Below are positions 9,339 to 19,005 of a stretch of DNA of 64,000 nucleotides, piece after piece. The stretch spans positions 20,671 through 84,670 of the forward strand of contig CAIOLF010000046.1 in NCBI GenBank assembly GCA_903859075.1. The letters run 5' to 3'. Numbering within the stretch: the first letter of the stretch is position 1; each line of letters begins with the position of its first letter. The notes beneath the pieces are model-generated. The model worked only from the letters and a program-made list of their open reading frames with translations, was not told where the DNA came from and ran no database searches. Source of the DNA: Candidatus Buchananbacteria bacterium. GTDB taxonomy: Bacteria; Patescibacteriota; Patescibacteriia; 2-01-FULL-39-33. The position numbers and the translations under genes were made by a program.

Positions 9339-11330
9339 ATGGCTAAAAATCAAAAATCAGCTTTTAAATACCAGCTTTATTTAGCCGGCGGCATTGGCAT
9401 TTGGAAAGATTTTTTCAAGCCAAAGTATTCAGAATTTTTTAATAAAAAAGTTTATTTATTCGAGCCGGGATCTTTAGGCGGACCCAGTGATCACCGCTTT
9501 ATGCCCATTGGCATTGCCTGCTATGACCTCAATGAAATCAACCACGCTGATGCCTTGCTGGTGTATATGAAAAAGTACCGACCGGCTGACGGGTCGCCGA
9601 CCGGCACTGACAGCACCTGGGAATGCGGCTATGCCATCAGCCAGAGCAAACCAATAATTATGCTGATCGAAGATTTGGATCATTTGGATTATTACAATTT
9701 GCAGTGGATGGTAAGCTTTAGCATTAATGCGGTGCTGACCACTGATGAAAAAGTCGCCGAGACCTGCCGCAATCATCCTAAATTCGTCCACACCACCGTA
9801 TTATATGCTCCTTCAAAAAACCAACTGGAATCTAAAATTATTGAATATCTGACAAACTACTACCGCTCGATTTATTCCCGTTCCGGAATCATTAACTATC
9901 AAGTTGATGAGAGAGCCAGAGATTTATTCGGGGAAAAACGTTTGGCGGAAATGACCTTTACTGAAACAACGGCTGATAAGACTATTTATAAATTATTGAC
10001 TGGGCTAAAACAATGCCGATTTAATAATGACTCCGATTATCTTAAAGTTTGCGAAATAGAAAGAAAAGTTTCCGCTCATCTCCGGAACCGACTAACAGAA
10101 AAAAACATCAACTCAGCTTTAGCCGCCGTAATCAAGCATTGGGCCCCAAAAAAAGAAAATATAGTCAGTATTCTAAAACATTCCATTGTGCCGCCGTTTT
10201 TAAAGATCAAAAATCGACATGCCGGCATCATAAAAACTCGCCCGGAACTATTTTTTGAACTCTATGACCTGGTTAATCATCATCTGATTAGAGAGCAAAA
10301 GTTTATTAAAGATCCAGATTTCCCTTATGAAATGGGAGCAATTATTGAGTTGTATAATTGGATGAATACTTATAGTCTCGATGACACCTTCGATAGCTCT
10401 GATTATCGACAAAACATCCCAACAGTCTGGAAACAATTCGGCCGCCGGAATGCTATTTTTACCGGACTTACCGGGCATTTATTAGCCCTAAAATACTTAT
10501 TTTTAATAGCTCGTCCCAAGCCGCAACTGGCCGAGAGATTGGCGGGAATTTTAAATGATTACAATGAATTAATGTATCAAGGCCAAGTTCTGGATTTGAA
10601 ACTGACTTTTAGTTCCAGCCAAAAGAAAAAACTTTTAAATAAATTGGGACTGCGAGCCATCTGCAAGTTATATATCAAAAGAATTTACGGCATTTGCGGC
10701 GGCTTTTATGAAGCCGTCGGCGAGCTGGCCGCCCAGGCCGGAAATAAAGAAGCCCAGGTTCTTAATGGCAAGCAAATTGATAAAATTTCTCCCTTAATAG
10801 GCTTGTACTATGGCTTGATCCAAATGATCAGAAATGATCTGGCTGATTACTTGGTGATTGAAAAAATTAGCGGCATGAGCCACAGTATGAAGGGCATTTC
10901 GCATTCCGATATTAAAGAAGGCAAAATCGATCTGCCTTACTCCATCGCTTTTTATTCATCGAAACTTGATAAAAAAGAGAAAAGATTTCTCTTTACGGCA
11001 TTAGCCGATAAAGAGCTATCCGCTAAAGATAAGCTTCATATCAATGAACTACTTTGGAAATCAGGAGCCATTGATCTGACTGTTGATTTGATAATTAATT
11101 TGGCCAGTCACGTCAAAACTACCTTGCTGACAGAATACCAAGAAACTCCGACTCGCATGAAATGGATGTTTAGCCTGGTCGACATCACCAAAGAAATTCT
11201 AATTCCCTTTAAGAGTTTGGCCTTAAGCCATGGCTGGGTAAAATATCAATACGACCGTAAACTACTTAGAACAATAAGCGATCTGATATTACAACTGGAA
11301 TCAACTCCTCGCCCAAAAAGAATTAAATAA
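9339..11330 (+). CDS. Fusion of N-terminal nucleoside 2-deoxyribosyltransferase-like domain and C-terminal polyprenyl-synthetase-like domain
   Basis: N-term YLAG, DLNEINHADALL, GTDSTWECGYA..KP; C-term DDTFDSSDYR, GQVLDL, QMIRNDLAD, SDIKEGK. Confidence 0.7.
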   Translation: MAKNQKSAFKYQLYLAGGIGIWKDFFKPKYSEFFNKKVYLFEPGSLGGPSDHRFMPIGIACYDLNEINHADALLVYMKKYRPADGSPTGTDSTWECGYAISQSKPIIMLIEDLDHLDYYNLQWMVSFSINAVLTTDEKVAETCRNHPKFVHTTVLYAPSKNQLESKIIEYLTNYYRSIYSRSGIINYQVDERARDLFGEKRLAEMTFTETTADKTIYKLLTGLKQCRFNNDSDYLKVCEIERKVSAHLRNRLTEKNINSALAAVIKHWAPKKENIVSILKHSIVPPFLKIKNRHAGIIKTRPELFFELYDLVNHHLIREQKFIKDPDFPYEMGAIIELYNWMNTYSLDDTFDSSDYRQNIPTVWKQFGRRNAIFTGLTGHLLALKYLFLIARPKPQLAERLAGILNDYNELMYQGQVLDLKLTFSSSQKKKLLNKLGLRAICKLYIKRIYGICGGFYEAVGELAAQAGNKEAQVLNGKQIDKISPLIGLYYGLIQMIRNDLADYLVIEKISGMSHSMKGISHSDIKEGKIDLPYSIAFYSSKLDKKEKRFLFTALADKELSAKDKLHINELLWKSGAIDLTVDLIINLASHVKTTLLTEYQETPTRMKWMFSLVDITKEILIPFKSLALSHGWVKYQYDRKLLRTISDLILQLESTPRPKRIK

Positions 11331-11359
11331 AAATCCCTCCGCCGCGGCGGAGGGATTTT
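11330..11359. terminator. Bidirectional terminator (30-bp perfect palindrome) between convergent genes
   Basis: AAAATCCCTCCGCCG|CGGCGGAGGGATTTT. Confidence 0.85.
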
Positions 11360-11362
11360 AAG

Positions 11363-11956
11363 TTATTGTTTTCTTTTTATTTCCAGCCAATCCGGTACCG
11401 GAGTAAAAGTAATTTCTTCCAAATGATCTATTTCTTCCTCGGTGACTTCATAATACTTTTGATAAGCCGTTTCCACGCTGCCATGCAGCGCCTCATTCCA
11501 ATCAAAGCCCAGCTTAGCGGCGACCGACCGCACATTTTCTTCCGTCTCCGCCTCAAGCTCCACAAAAGGCGGTATCCACGGCCAGGTGTCAATCGTCACT
11601 TCACAGCCGCTTAGCTCCCACGTTTCGCGCTTAGTCTCCTGATAGGAGCGGCAATCCAGTCCCGTGGCCAAGAGAAAGTCGCAAGCGGCGTCAAAATTAT
11701 CGACATTAAAAACTATTTCCTTCGTCCCCTGAAAAGTCCGGTCAACTAACCGCTTGTAGCTCATCGTAATCTTTTTGCCTTCATCCCGTACTCTGATCCA
11801 GGCGCCGATTTTCTCCAGGCGTTTATCAGAATAATCAAAAATCTTGCGTCGCATCAACACCTCCGCTTGGACTAGAGTCCCGCCATGACTTTTCAGCGCT
11901 TCCCGTAATTGCCGCGGATTAACGTCTAAGAATTTTGCTTCAACTTCAGTCTTCAT
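11363..11956 (-). CDS. CYTH domain protein (class IV adenylate cyclase-like)
   Basis: N-terminal EVEAKF (ExExK), WIRVRD, KRETW, FVELE. Confidence 0.88.
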   Translation of the reverse strand: MKTEVEAKFLDVNPRQLREALKSHGGTLVQAEVLMRRKIFDYSDKRLEKIGAWIRVRDEGKKITMSYKRLVDRTFQGTKEIVFNVDNFDAACDFLLATGLDCRSYQETKRETWELSGCEVTIDTWPWIPPFVELEAETEENVRSVAAKLGFDWNEALHGSVETAYQKYYEVTEEEIDHLEEITFTPVPDWLEIKRKQ

Positions 11957-11958
11957 AG

Positions 11959-12822
11959 TTACTTTAGAATAATTTTTATTAATAAATCATTAATAAAATC
12001 AAAATCACCATCGCCGGTAATTACCGCATCAAACTTTTCTCTGTAAAGCTGCAGATTTTCTTCAATATTCTTATTTAAAAATCCGACCTTAATCAGATTA
12101 TCATAATTAAAACCGGTAATCATCTCCACGTCGTCCGAACCGTCGCCGAGTAGCAAGACATTTTTTCTTTCCTTGACCTTATCATAAAAAGAAAAATTGT
12201 CCAGCACGGTTTCTTCCTTATTAAAGGCATGAATAATCGGCTCCCTGACGGCAATTGCTCGACCGGCATCGTCCCAAATGAATTCATTAGAGACAATATA
12301 AACATTATCTGAAAGCAAATTCTGCCGCTTAAGATACAAAGAAATCGACTCTACTCCTAAACCGCTGGAAGACATAATCACCAAAGGAATGTCGCGCTCT
12401 CTTAAAAACTCAAAAAACTGCGCCACTCCCGAACGTAGCTGCAATCTTTGCGAGGTGATGGCTCGCTCAACATCTTTTTTCCGCAGGCCGGAAGCGATCA
12501 GCAGATCAAAATGCCTGGACCACCACTGCCGCATGGCCTCACGCTTTTCCGCGTGAGGCACTGACGGATCAATCTCGATCGCGTGATAATAATTGAACAA
12601 TTCTTTGGCTTTATCCGGATAGTCGGGCGTCAGATAGCCCTCGCTGCGCAAGACGGAGATTATTGAAGGCACTTCCTCCCCCGCCACAAACATCTTGGTA
12701 AGCGTACGATCAAAATCCGACAGAACGTGGAGTTTTTCCGCTCCGCCGATACTAATCGCTCTTTTAATCGACTCCAGACGCTGAGAATTAGAAATAATAA
12801 TATCTCCGGTCATATTAATCAT
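11959..12822 (-). CDS. Pyrimidine 5'-nucleotidase (cN-III/UMPH-1-like HAD hydrolase)
   Basis: SDFDRTLT, AIEIDP..EK..M.QWW, IIHAFNK, LLLGD, KVGFLN, DAVI.GDG. Confidence 0.85.
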   Translation of the reverse strand: MINMTGDIIISNSQRLESIKRAISIGGAEKLHVLSDFDRTLTKMFVAGEEVPSIISVLRSEGYLTPDYPDKAKELFNYYHAIEIDPSVPHAEKREAMRQWWSRHFDLLIASGLRKKDVERAITSQRLQLRSGVAQFFEFLRERDIPLVIMSSSGLGVESISLYLKRQNLLSDNVYIVSNEFIWDDAGRAIAVREPIIHAFNKEETVLDNFSFYDKVKERKNVLLLGDGSDDVEMITGFNYDNLIKVGFLNKNIEENLQLYREKFDAVITGDGDFDFINDLLIKIILK

Positions 12823-12830
12823 TAATTAAA

Positions 12831-13349
12831 TTAGGATTTAATAATTTTTAAATCGCTGACATCCAGACTGCCGCGATACAAAATGTGAGCCACGCCGTGA
12901 AAGGGCAGGACTTTTTGTCCCGCACTGACGGCCTTGGCATAATAGTCCGTGGCGTTCTCCGACAGTTCGGCCAGATCGGCGACTAACTTTGGATCAAACG
13001 GCTTGAATTCATCGGGCTCAATTTTATTGTCTTCCCGCCGATAAAGATAAATCACCGCCCGGTGGCTATCAATGATTTCTAAAGGGACTTCAAAAAAGTT
13101 TTCCCGGAAAGGATGGCCGAGCTTGAGCAAGGCCTCCTTGATTTTTGTCGGATGAACCGCGCTGAAATGCAGTACGTCATTCCAAAGGCAATTAAGGAAA
13201 GGGATGATTTCTTGCAATAGATATTCCCGGCCCTGATATTTTTTTACTGCCGCTTCATAGATCTCCGGGTTAATCTTTTCCATGACATTTAGCGGATAGA
13301 GGATATTGCCCGACATATTGGTCGGGACTTTATGATAAATAAAAGCCAT
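12831..13349 (-). CDS. Conserved hypothetical protein
   Basis: Protein-like ORF (LYPLN, LNCLWNDVLHFSAVHP); first gene of an apparent 3-gene operon. Confidence 0.7.
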   Translation of the reverse strand: MAFIYHKVPTNMSGNILYPLNVMEKINPEIYEAAVKKYQGREYLLQEIIPFLNCLWNDVLHFSAVHPTKIKEALLKLGHPFRENFFEVPLEIIDSHRAVIYLYRREDNKIEPDEFKPFDPKLVADLAELSENATDYYAKAVSAGQKVLPFHGVAHILYRGSLDVSDLKIIKS

Positions 13350-13431
13350 ATTTTTTGTGATTATCTGCCCTAATTATAGCTCAATCGGCCCGGCCAGACA
13401 AGCTGAAAAGAAAAGACCGCCAAACGCGAAG

Positions 13432-14163
13432 TCAGCGGTCCAGGAAAAATGCCAGCAAGGCGACGACCAGCAGTATCATCAGATTATCGTCGAGGTAAAA
13501 CCTGGAGAGCTGATGCGCTACCGGACTGGGAAAACAGCGCCGAAGCCGCGAAGTAAGCGGTCTGCACCAGCCGACCCAGCTCGGAGTGTAGGTCTCTGCC
13601 AGTGCGACGGTTACGCTGATGATAAAGATGTTGGCAGCATCTAATCGGCTGCCCAGGAATGCTGCTACTCGGCTCATGACCAAATAACTGACCAAAGCGA
13701 ATACCAGCAATCCCAAGCCGCGGGAGCTGTTGACGCCCCAGCGCGACAGACGATAACGCGCCCAAGCGGCGGCCGGATCTGCCAGGCCTAGAACCATCAC
13801 GGCCATCACCAGGATTGATTCTTTGATGGGCCCCAACCAGACGCCGGTCATCAGTAAGGAGGCTCCCAGCAAATAGTAGGTGCTGGCGGTAAACCTCTGA
13901 TGTTCATGCTCACGCAGAATAAACCGGAATATTGACATCTTGATAAACCGCTCATTGTGGCGCGGGCTTTGATGCCGGACCAAGTCCATCAGCAAAAACA
14001 CTGCCGTCATCATCCAGGCGATGCCGGTGAGCATTGCCAAGGGATTAGCCGGCATCCCGCAGATGTCCCTAAGTCCCCGCCACCAGTAAAAGACGGCGAG
14101 CATTAGAAGACATCCCGAGATATGCCAGATCTTTCGGATCCAGTTGAACTCGTAGATAACCAA
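13432..14163 (-). CDS. Membrane protein of the CTP-dependent polyprenol/diacylglycerol kinase family (divergent)
   Basis: RKIWH, LREHE, GLADPAAA, ALAE, DDNL motifs; multiple TMs; the usual KS.EG motif is not evident. Confidence 0.65.
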   Translation of the reverse strand: MVIYEFNWIRKIWHISGCLLMLAVFYWWRGLRDICGMPANPLAMLTGIAWMMTAVFLLMDLVRHQSPRHNERFIKMSIFRFILREHEHQRFTASTYYLLGASLLMTGVWLGPIKESILVMAVMVLGLADPAAAWARYRLSRWGVNSSRGLGLLVFALVSYLVMSRVAAFLGSRLDAANIFIISVTVALAETYTPSWVGWCRPLTSRLRRCFPSPVAHQLSRFYLDDNLMILLVVALLAFFLDR

Positions 14164-14286
14164 GGTGCTATCCTCCTTCTTTTACTGAGTTTGCTTCACT
14201 CTGCCAGTTTCTCTACTTCGGATTATAGACCAAAGGATATTAATTTTCAACTGTGATCAAATAAGCTTATTTTAACAGCTATATTA

Positions 14287-15519
14287 TTAACAGACAAAGG
14301 TCAGCGCTTTGCCCATTTGGTCGCCACGGCCGGTCCGGCCGATGCGATGGACATAATCGTCATAGGTAGCCGGGACATCATAATTAATCACGTGGCTGAC
14401 GTTGGGAATATCCAGGCCTCTGGCGGCGACATCGGTCGCTACCAGAATTTTGGTTTTATTCTCTTTAAATAATCTTAAGGCCGCTTGGCGCTTGCTTTGG
14501 TTCTTGTTGCCATGAATGGCGTCCGCTTTAAAGCCCTTTTGAATCAGACCAACGGATAATCTCTCCACGCCGAATTTGGTCCGGCCGAAAACCAACACTT
14601 TGGTGAATTCCGGCTTGGCCAAAAGATTATGCAGGACGCTTATTTTTTCGTGCTCGTGGCTGATTTTGATAATGTCCTGATCGACATTCTTGGCAGTGTC
14701 TCCGGTCTTGACGGAAATCGTCACCGGGCTGGTTAAAAATTCTTTGACTAGCTTATCAATTTCCCGGCTGACGGTAGCGGAGAAAAATAAGGTCTGGCGA
14801 GTAACCGGCATCAGCGACATGATAAATCTCATATCATTGACAAAGCCCATATCCAGCATGCGGTCGGCTTCGTCAAGCACTAAAGTGGAAAATCTTTCCG
14901 GACGGATCAAGCCGCGCTCGATCAGATCCTTGAGCCGGCCCGGCGTGCCAATGACAAAATTATAGCCGCGGCGCAAATCGGAAATCTGGCGGCCGATGGA
15001 AGCGCCGCCGACGCAGCAGACGGAAAAAATCCTCAATCGTCCGCGGAACGCAATCAATTCTTGATTGATCTGATCAGCCAATTCATGAGTCGGTACGATG
15101 ATTAAAATATTTTCCCGGTTATCCAATATGACTTTATGAAGCAATGGCAAAAGAAAAGCCGCCGTTTTGCCGGTGCCGGTATTGGCAACACCGACCACAT
15201 CGCACCCCTCCAGAATCGCCGGAATCGTCTGGTCTTGGATCGGGGTGGGAGTGACATAACCTTTGGTGACAATATTTTCTTTCAATCTTTGATCAATAGC
15301 AAAATCAGCGAAAGCATGTTGCGGCTGATAGGGCTTGGATTCGGTTTGGGGCTTGGCTTTGCAGACAAACCGGGAGCAATCAATATATTGATCGCGAAAA
15401 CCGCCGCGTCTGGCAAGCGGTCTTTTTCCTCCAAAAGACGGCCGGCCGCTTGAAGCGGCTAAGCGGCGTCTAGGAGAACGGCCGAGGCGAGAGCCCCGTC
15501 CGAAATTCCTGGTAGACAT
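14287..15519 (-). CDS. DEAD-box ATP-dependent RNA helicase (RhlE-like)
   Basis: PTPIQ, TGTGKT, PTHEL, TPGR, DEAD, SAT, ARGLD, HRIGRTGR. Confidence 0.95.
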   Translation of the reverse strand: MSTRNFGRGSRLGRSPRRRLAASSGRPSFGGKRPLARRGGFRDQYIDCSRFVCKAKPQTESKPYQPQHAFADFAIDQRLKENIVTKGYVTPTPIQDQTIPAILEGCDVVGVANTGTGKTAAFLLPLLHKVILDNRENILIIVPTHELADQINQELIAFRGRLRIFSVCCVGGASIGRQISDLRRGYNFVIGTPGRLKDLIERGLIRPERFSTLVLDEADRMLDMGFVNDMRFIMSLMPVTRQTLFFSATVSREIDKLVKEFLTSPVTISVKTGDTAKNVDQDIIKISHEHEKISVLHNLLAKPEFTKVLVFGRTKFGVERLSVGLIQKGFKADAIHGNKNQSKRQAALRLFKENKTKILVATDVAARGLDIPNVSHVINYDVPATYDDYVHRIGRTGRGDQMGKALTFVC

Positions 15520-15670
15520 GAGTTAGGTTTTAATTTTTAGCTTTAAAGCAGACAGGCCACCGGCCATTCATAAATTTCCATCAAAGCTAAATAATTAAAG
15601 CTAGAGTTAAGAAATGCCTGAATTGGGATTTCTTAAAATGGAACTAAATGAGATATACTTTAAGAACTTA

Positions 15671-15699
15671 AGTATAGCACGCATTAATGTTTTTGTCAA
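15671..15699 (-). promoter_or_regulatory. sigma70 promoter of the helicase gene
   Basis: TTGACA-17 nt-TATACT with TG extension, ~150 nt upstream of the ATG. Confidence 0.65.
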
Positions 15700-15755
15700 T
15701 TTAAAAACCTCCGCCGGGAGATTTTTGTATTAAATTGACTCAATTGGGCGGCTAT

Positions 15756-16842
15756 TTAAAACAGGTTTGAATTTACCAGCAGTTGCGTTTTCTGGACGCT
15801 GTTCTGATAAATTAGGCGGCTGGCAGCGGAGATAAACGGCCGATTGACAATTTTTTCATTATTTTGAAGATAGTCCAGCATTTTTTGCGGCGTCTTTTTC
15901 AGGATGTTCATCATGGAGTTGAAACTGGCGGCAGAATACATAGAAGTGAAGTCCAAATCATTAAACAGGCCAAGGATTTTGTTTTTATGATAAAGTTGAT
16001 GATCATTGAAAGCCCAATTGTCATGGATGGCGATATAATTAGAAATCTTGTTAGCCAAGCGCTTCGGGTAATTCACTTGCCTTAAAATCTTTTTAGCGAT
16101 TTGTTTGCCGGCTTGCATATGGCTTTTTCTGGAATCGCTGGCAAAGGGACTGTCTATCTTAGCCGCGCTATAACCCACGTCATGCAGCAGGATAAACGGA
16201 ATAAAAATCTGTTCCTCAATATTTTCCTGCTTGGCCAGCAGCAAGCTCTGCTTAATGAGCCATTCAATATGTTTTTCCGTATAGTCCTGTCCCTGATGAT
16301 TGTATCTTTTAGCTAAACGCCAAATCTTGTTATAAATTTCCGGCATAGGGTAGCTCTGCCAATCATGGGAAAAAGTATCTTCGGCATTCTCCAGATAATT
16401 ATTTTCATAAATAAGCTTTTGCCATTTATCAATAATATTTTGGTCAAAAATGTTGCCGATCATTACCTCGCAGCAGACATCATCCTTATCTTCCGGCATA
16501 ATAACCTGGCCATCCGGATTAATCATAAAATAAGCATTGGCTCTCTGGCGCCTGGGGGAGATAATAATATTTATCTGCCGGCCATAGGCGGCCATAATCT
16601 TTTCCGACTCGGCCAAAAAAGTTTTTTCATCAATTAATAATTTTTTTGATATCCGATCGCAGTAGCGGCTCACCGCCGGTAATAGTGATGGATTTGACTC
16701 CCTTCTTTGCCAGCAAAGAAAAAACTTTTTGCAGTTGTGAAAAATCCAATTCCGGAATATTCTTGGGGCCATAGCAAAAATCGCAATCCTTGGTGCAACG
16801 GGAGGTAACGCGGAAAGTGACGATTTCCGGGAAATGGTCCAT
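15756..16842 (-). pseudogene. Viperin-like radical SAM / HD-domain fusion with internal deletion and frameshift
   Basis: 70-aa frame has CxxxCxxC and GGEPLL then stops; overlapping frame continues LLIDEKTF...YFMINPDG and an HD domain (LHDVGY...H...HD...D). Confidence 0.7.
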
Positions 16843-17001
16843 AAATAAACTTAATTTAAGTACATAATACTCCTTTTTCTGGCCGATGTTAATGCCCGTT
16901 TTCCCCTTTTTAAATCTACAAGCAATATTGACAAAATGGCATTATCATAGTAATCTCTGAGGTAAGAATTGATAGCGGAGAATCAACGAGGAGGGATCGC
17001 C

Positions 17002-17613
17002 ATGTCGCCATTTTATAGAAATACGCATGATGTTGAGGTAGGGTCGCTTATTGCCAGTGGTATTGCCACGAACGAACAACATGCGGAACGAATCCTGAAA
17101 GAAACAAGCAAGCGGAGGGAGCGGGCCGATCTGTACATTTTCTATACTAATCGCCACGTAGTCAAAACGTGCCTAGCGACACGTCCTGTCGATGAACGGC
17201 CGTACAACGGCTCAAATGTCCGGGTAGCCACCATTCCTTCGGGATCAATGAGTCGGATCGGAAAACTCCCGGGATTAACCAGCTCGTTAGCGATTGGCGC
17301 GTTGAAGGAGCTCGTCCCGAAAGCCGAGCTTGCCCAGGAAGCCACCGGTCAGGGAATCAAGCTGGTGGCCTTCGTGAGGAACTTCCAAATTGACGGCAAA
17401 TTAGGCGTCTTCCTGAGCTCCACGTCAGCCGAAGCCATTCACGCTCAGGGAAGGAAGACCCTTGATGAGAAAGAAAATCTGCTTCGCGTAGAATTCTCTC
17501 TCATCGGCGGCGATTTTGTTCTGGGCATGTTCAGCGCCTGGAACCAGCAGCCGTTTGGCGATAGCGTTTCACTGGTTCTGTGGATGCCCAGGTCGCAGAC
17601 CATCGCCTTGTGA
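17002..17613 (+). CDS. Hypothetical protein
   Basis: ORF with GAGGAGG RBS, upstream TTGACA and downstream T-tract hairpin. Confidence 0.6.
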   Translation: MSPFYRNTHDVEVGSLIASGIATNEQHAERILKETSKRRERADLYIFYTNRHVVKTCLATRPVDERPYNGSNVRVATIPSGSMSRIGKLPGLTSSLAIGALKELVPKAELAQEATGQGIKLVAFVRNFQIDGKLGVFLSSTSAEAIHAQGRKTLDEKENLLRVEFSLIGGDFVLGMFSAWNQQPFGDSVSLVLWMPRSQTIAL

Positions 17614-17774
17614 ATCAGAAACGACTGCCGCGGATCATTGACGACAAATAAGCCAAGGATTATTTCCTCTGGCTTTTCTTTTTTTATGTAAAAATCTCTC
17701 CCAAAAGCATCTCACGGAAACTAGAAAATGTTGCAAACAGTGTCAGAAAAAATAATTATTGGCCTAAGCTGCCA

Positions 17775-17803
17775 TTGACATAGACTAAATATTATACTAT
17801 GAT
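17775..17803 (+). promoter_or_regulatory. sigma70 promoter for peptidase E gene
   Basis: TTGACA-17 nt-TATGAT. Confidence 0.6.
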
Positions 17804-17877
17804 AGCTTATCGAACATTTCGCCATACAAGCAACCGCAAATCCAACCGCAAATCGCCCAAACAGGAGGGGGCTGATA

Positions 17878-18651
17878 ATGAAGACTCACGGCAAGAGAAA
17901 TATAGTAGCTATTGGTGGCGGACAAGTATTCGTGCCCTGCAAGCCGCCGGAAACCTTGGCCATTGACGGGTACATCGTCCGCCTGGCCGAGGAGAATTTG
18001 TCGCTAAGCCGGCAACCAAGAAAGCCGCGCCTACTATTTGTCCCAACGGCCAGCGGAGACGACCTTTTGTACTGCAACACCATCTACAATTTGTACGAGT
18101 TGCGTCTCGGCTGCCAGTTCGACCACCTGCGCCTTCTGGCCGAACGCCTGACTGACCAGGAAATCCGCCAGAAAATAAGCTGGGCCGACATTATTTACGT
18201 CGGTGGCGGCAACACCTACCGGATGATGCGAGCCTGGCGACGCCGCGGCGTCGGCCAACTGCTCATCGCTGCCTATAACTCCGGCACGGTGATGTGCGGA
18301 CTTTCCGCCGGAGCGATCTGCTGGTTTGACTCCGGCGTCAGCGACTCGCGCAAGGAGTCCAATCCCACCGATTGGAAACCGATTCTGGTGAAGGGACTGG
18401 GGCTGATACCGGCCGTTTGCTGCCCGCATTATGATTCGGAAGGAGAATGGCGCAAGTCGGCTTGTGAAGATCTGCTGCGGCGCCACCCCTCTCTCCCGGG
18501 CATTGCCTTGGAAGATCTCTGCGCGCTGCAAGCCATCGATGGCAGTCAATACAAAGTGATCTCGCCCGCCGGCAAAAAATGTTACCATTTATCCTGGCAA
18601 GAGGGTCTCTTTGTTCCCCGCAGAATCGCCGAGGAGAAAATCAAATCATAG
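17878..18651 (+). CDS. Peptidase E (S51 family)
   Basis: AIGGG, LFVPTASGD, DIIYVGGGNT, GLSAGAICWF nucleophile elbow, CPHYD. Confidence 0.9.
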   Translation: MKTHGKRNIVAIGGGQVFVPCKPPETLAIDGYIVRLAEENLSLSRQPRKPRLLFVPTASGDDLLYCNTIYNLYELRLGCQFDHLRLLAERLTDQEIRQKISWADIIYVGGGNTYRMMRAWRRRGVGQLLIAAYNSGTVMCGLSAGAICWFDSGVSDSRKESNPTDWKPILVKGLGLIPAVCCPHYDSEGEWRKSACEDLLRRHPSLPGIALEDLCALQAIDGSQYKVISPAGKKCYHLSWQEGLFVPRRIAEEKIKS

Positions 18652-18660
18652 TAGTATCCG

Positions 18661-18698
18661 CCGTTGCCGCCACTTAGGGCCGCAACGGTTTTTTTATT
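18661..18698 (+). terminator. Rho-independent terminator
   Basis: CCGTTGC...GCAACGG followed by T-tract. Confidence 0.7.
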
Positions 18699-18736
18699 GA
18701 TTTTTAACAATATTAGGTATAGTATTTAAACATCAT

Positions 18737-18964
18737 ATGGAAAAATTTGATTCGCAAAAACATCTCCAGCTTGCCAGCCATTTGCCTTTTTCTTATTATT
18801 CCCTGCCTTTATACCTGGACTTCTCCGCTTACTTACTGCCCCGGAATAATGAACGAGTGATCGTAACGCAAGACCTTTATTACCCGCATGAATTCCCGGC
18901 TATTTTCTTGCCCCAAAATCCAGAGAATTGGGATAATTTTATTTTTCCTGGGTGGGCTTTGTGA
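18737..18964 (+). pseudogene. Short, probably 3'-truncated gene
   Basis: 75-aa protein-like N-terminus with AT-rich promoter region, ending just before the convergent 459-aa ORF. Confidence 0.4.
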
Positions 18965-19005
18965 TATGCTCAGAACTTTAGAACTGTCTAAAATAGACAA
19001 GGAGC

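Noticed and set aside
15756-16772. 338-aa ORF as an intact gene starting MAPRIFRN
   Set aside because: Its first ~40 residues are the out-of-frame reading of the radical SAM N-terminus; meaningful sequence starts at KKLLIDEK.
17831-17854. 12-bp direct repeat CAACCGCAAATC x2 in the peptidase E leader
   Set aside because: Only two copies, consistent with a local slippage duplication; no further support for function.
18930-19005. att-site duplication of the tRNA-His 3' end
   Set aside because: Only a ~6-nt match (TGGGTG), which is not significant.
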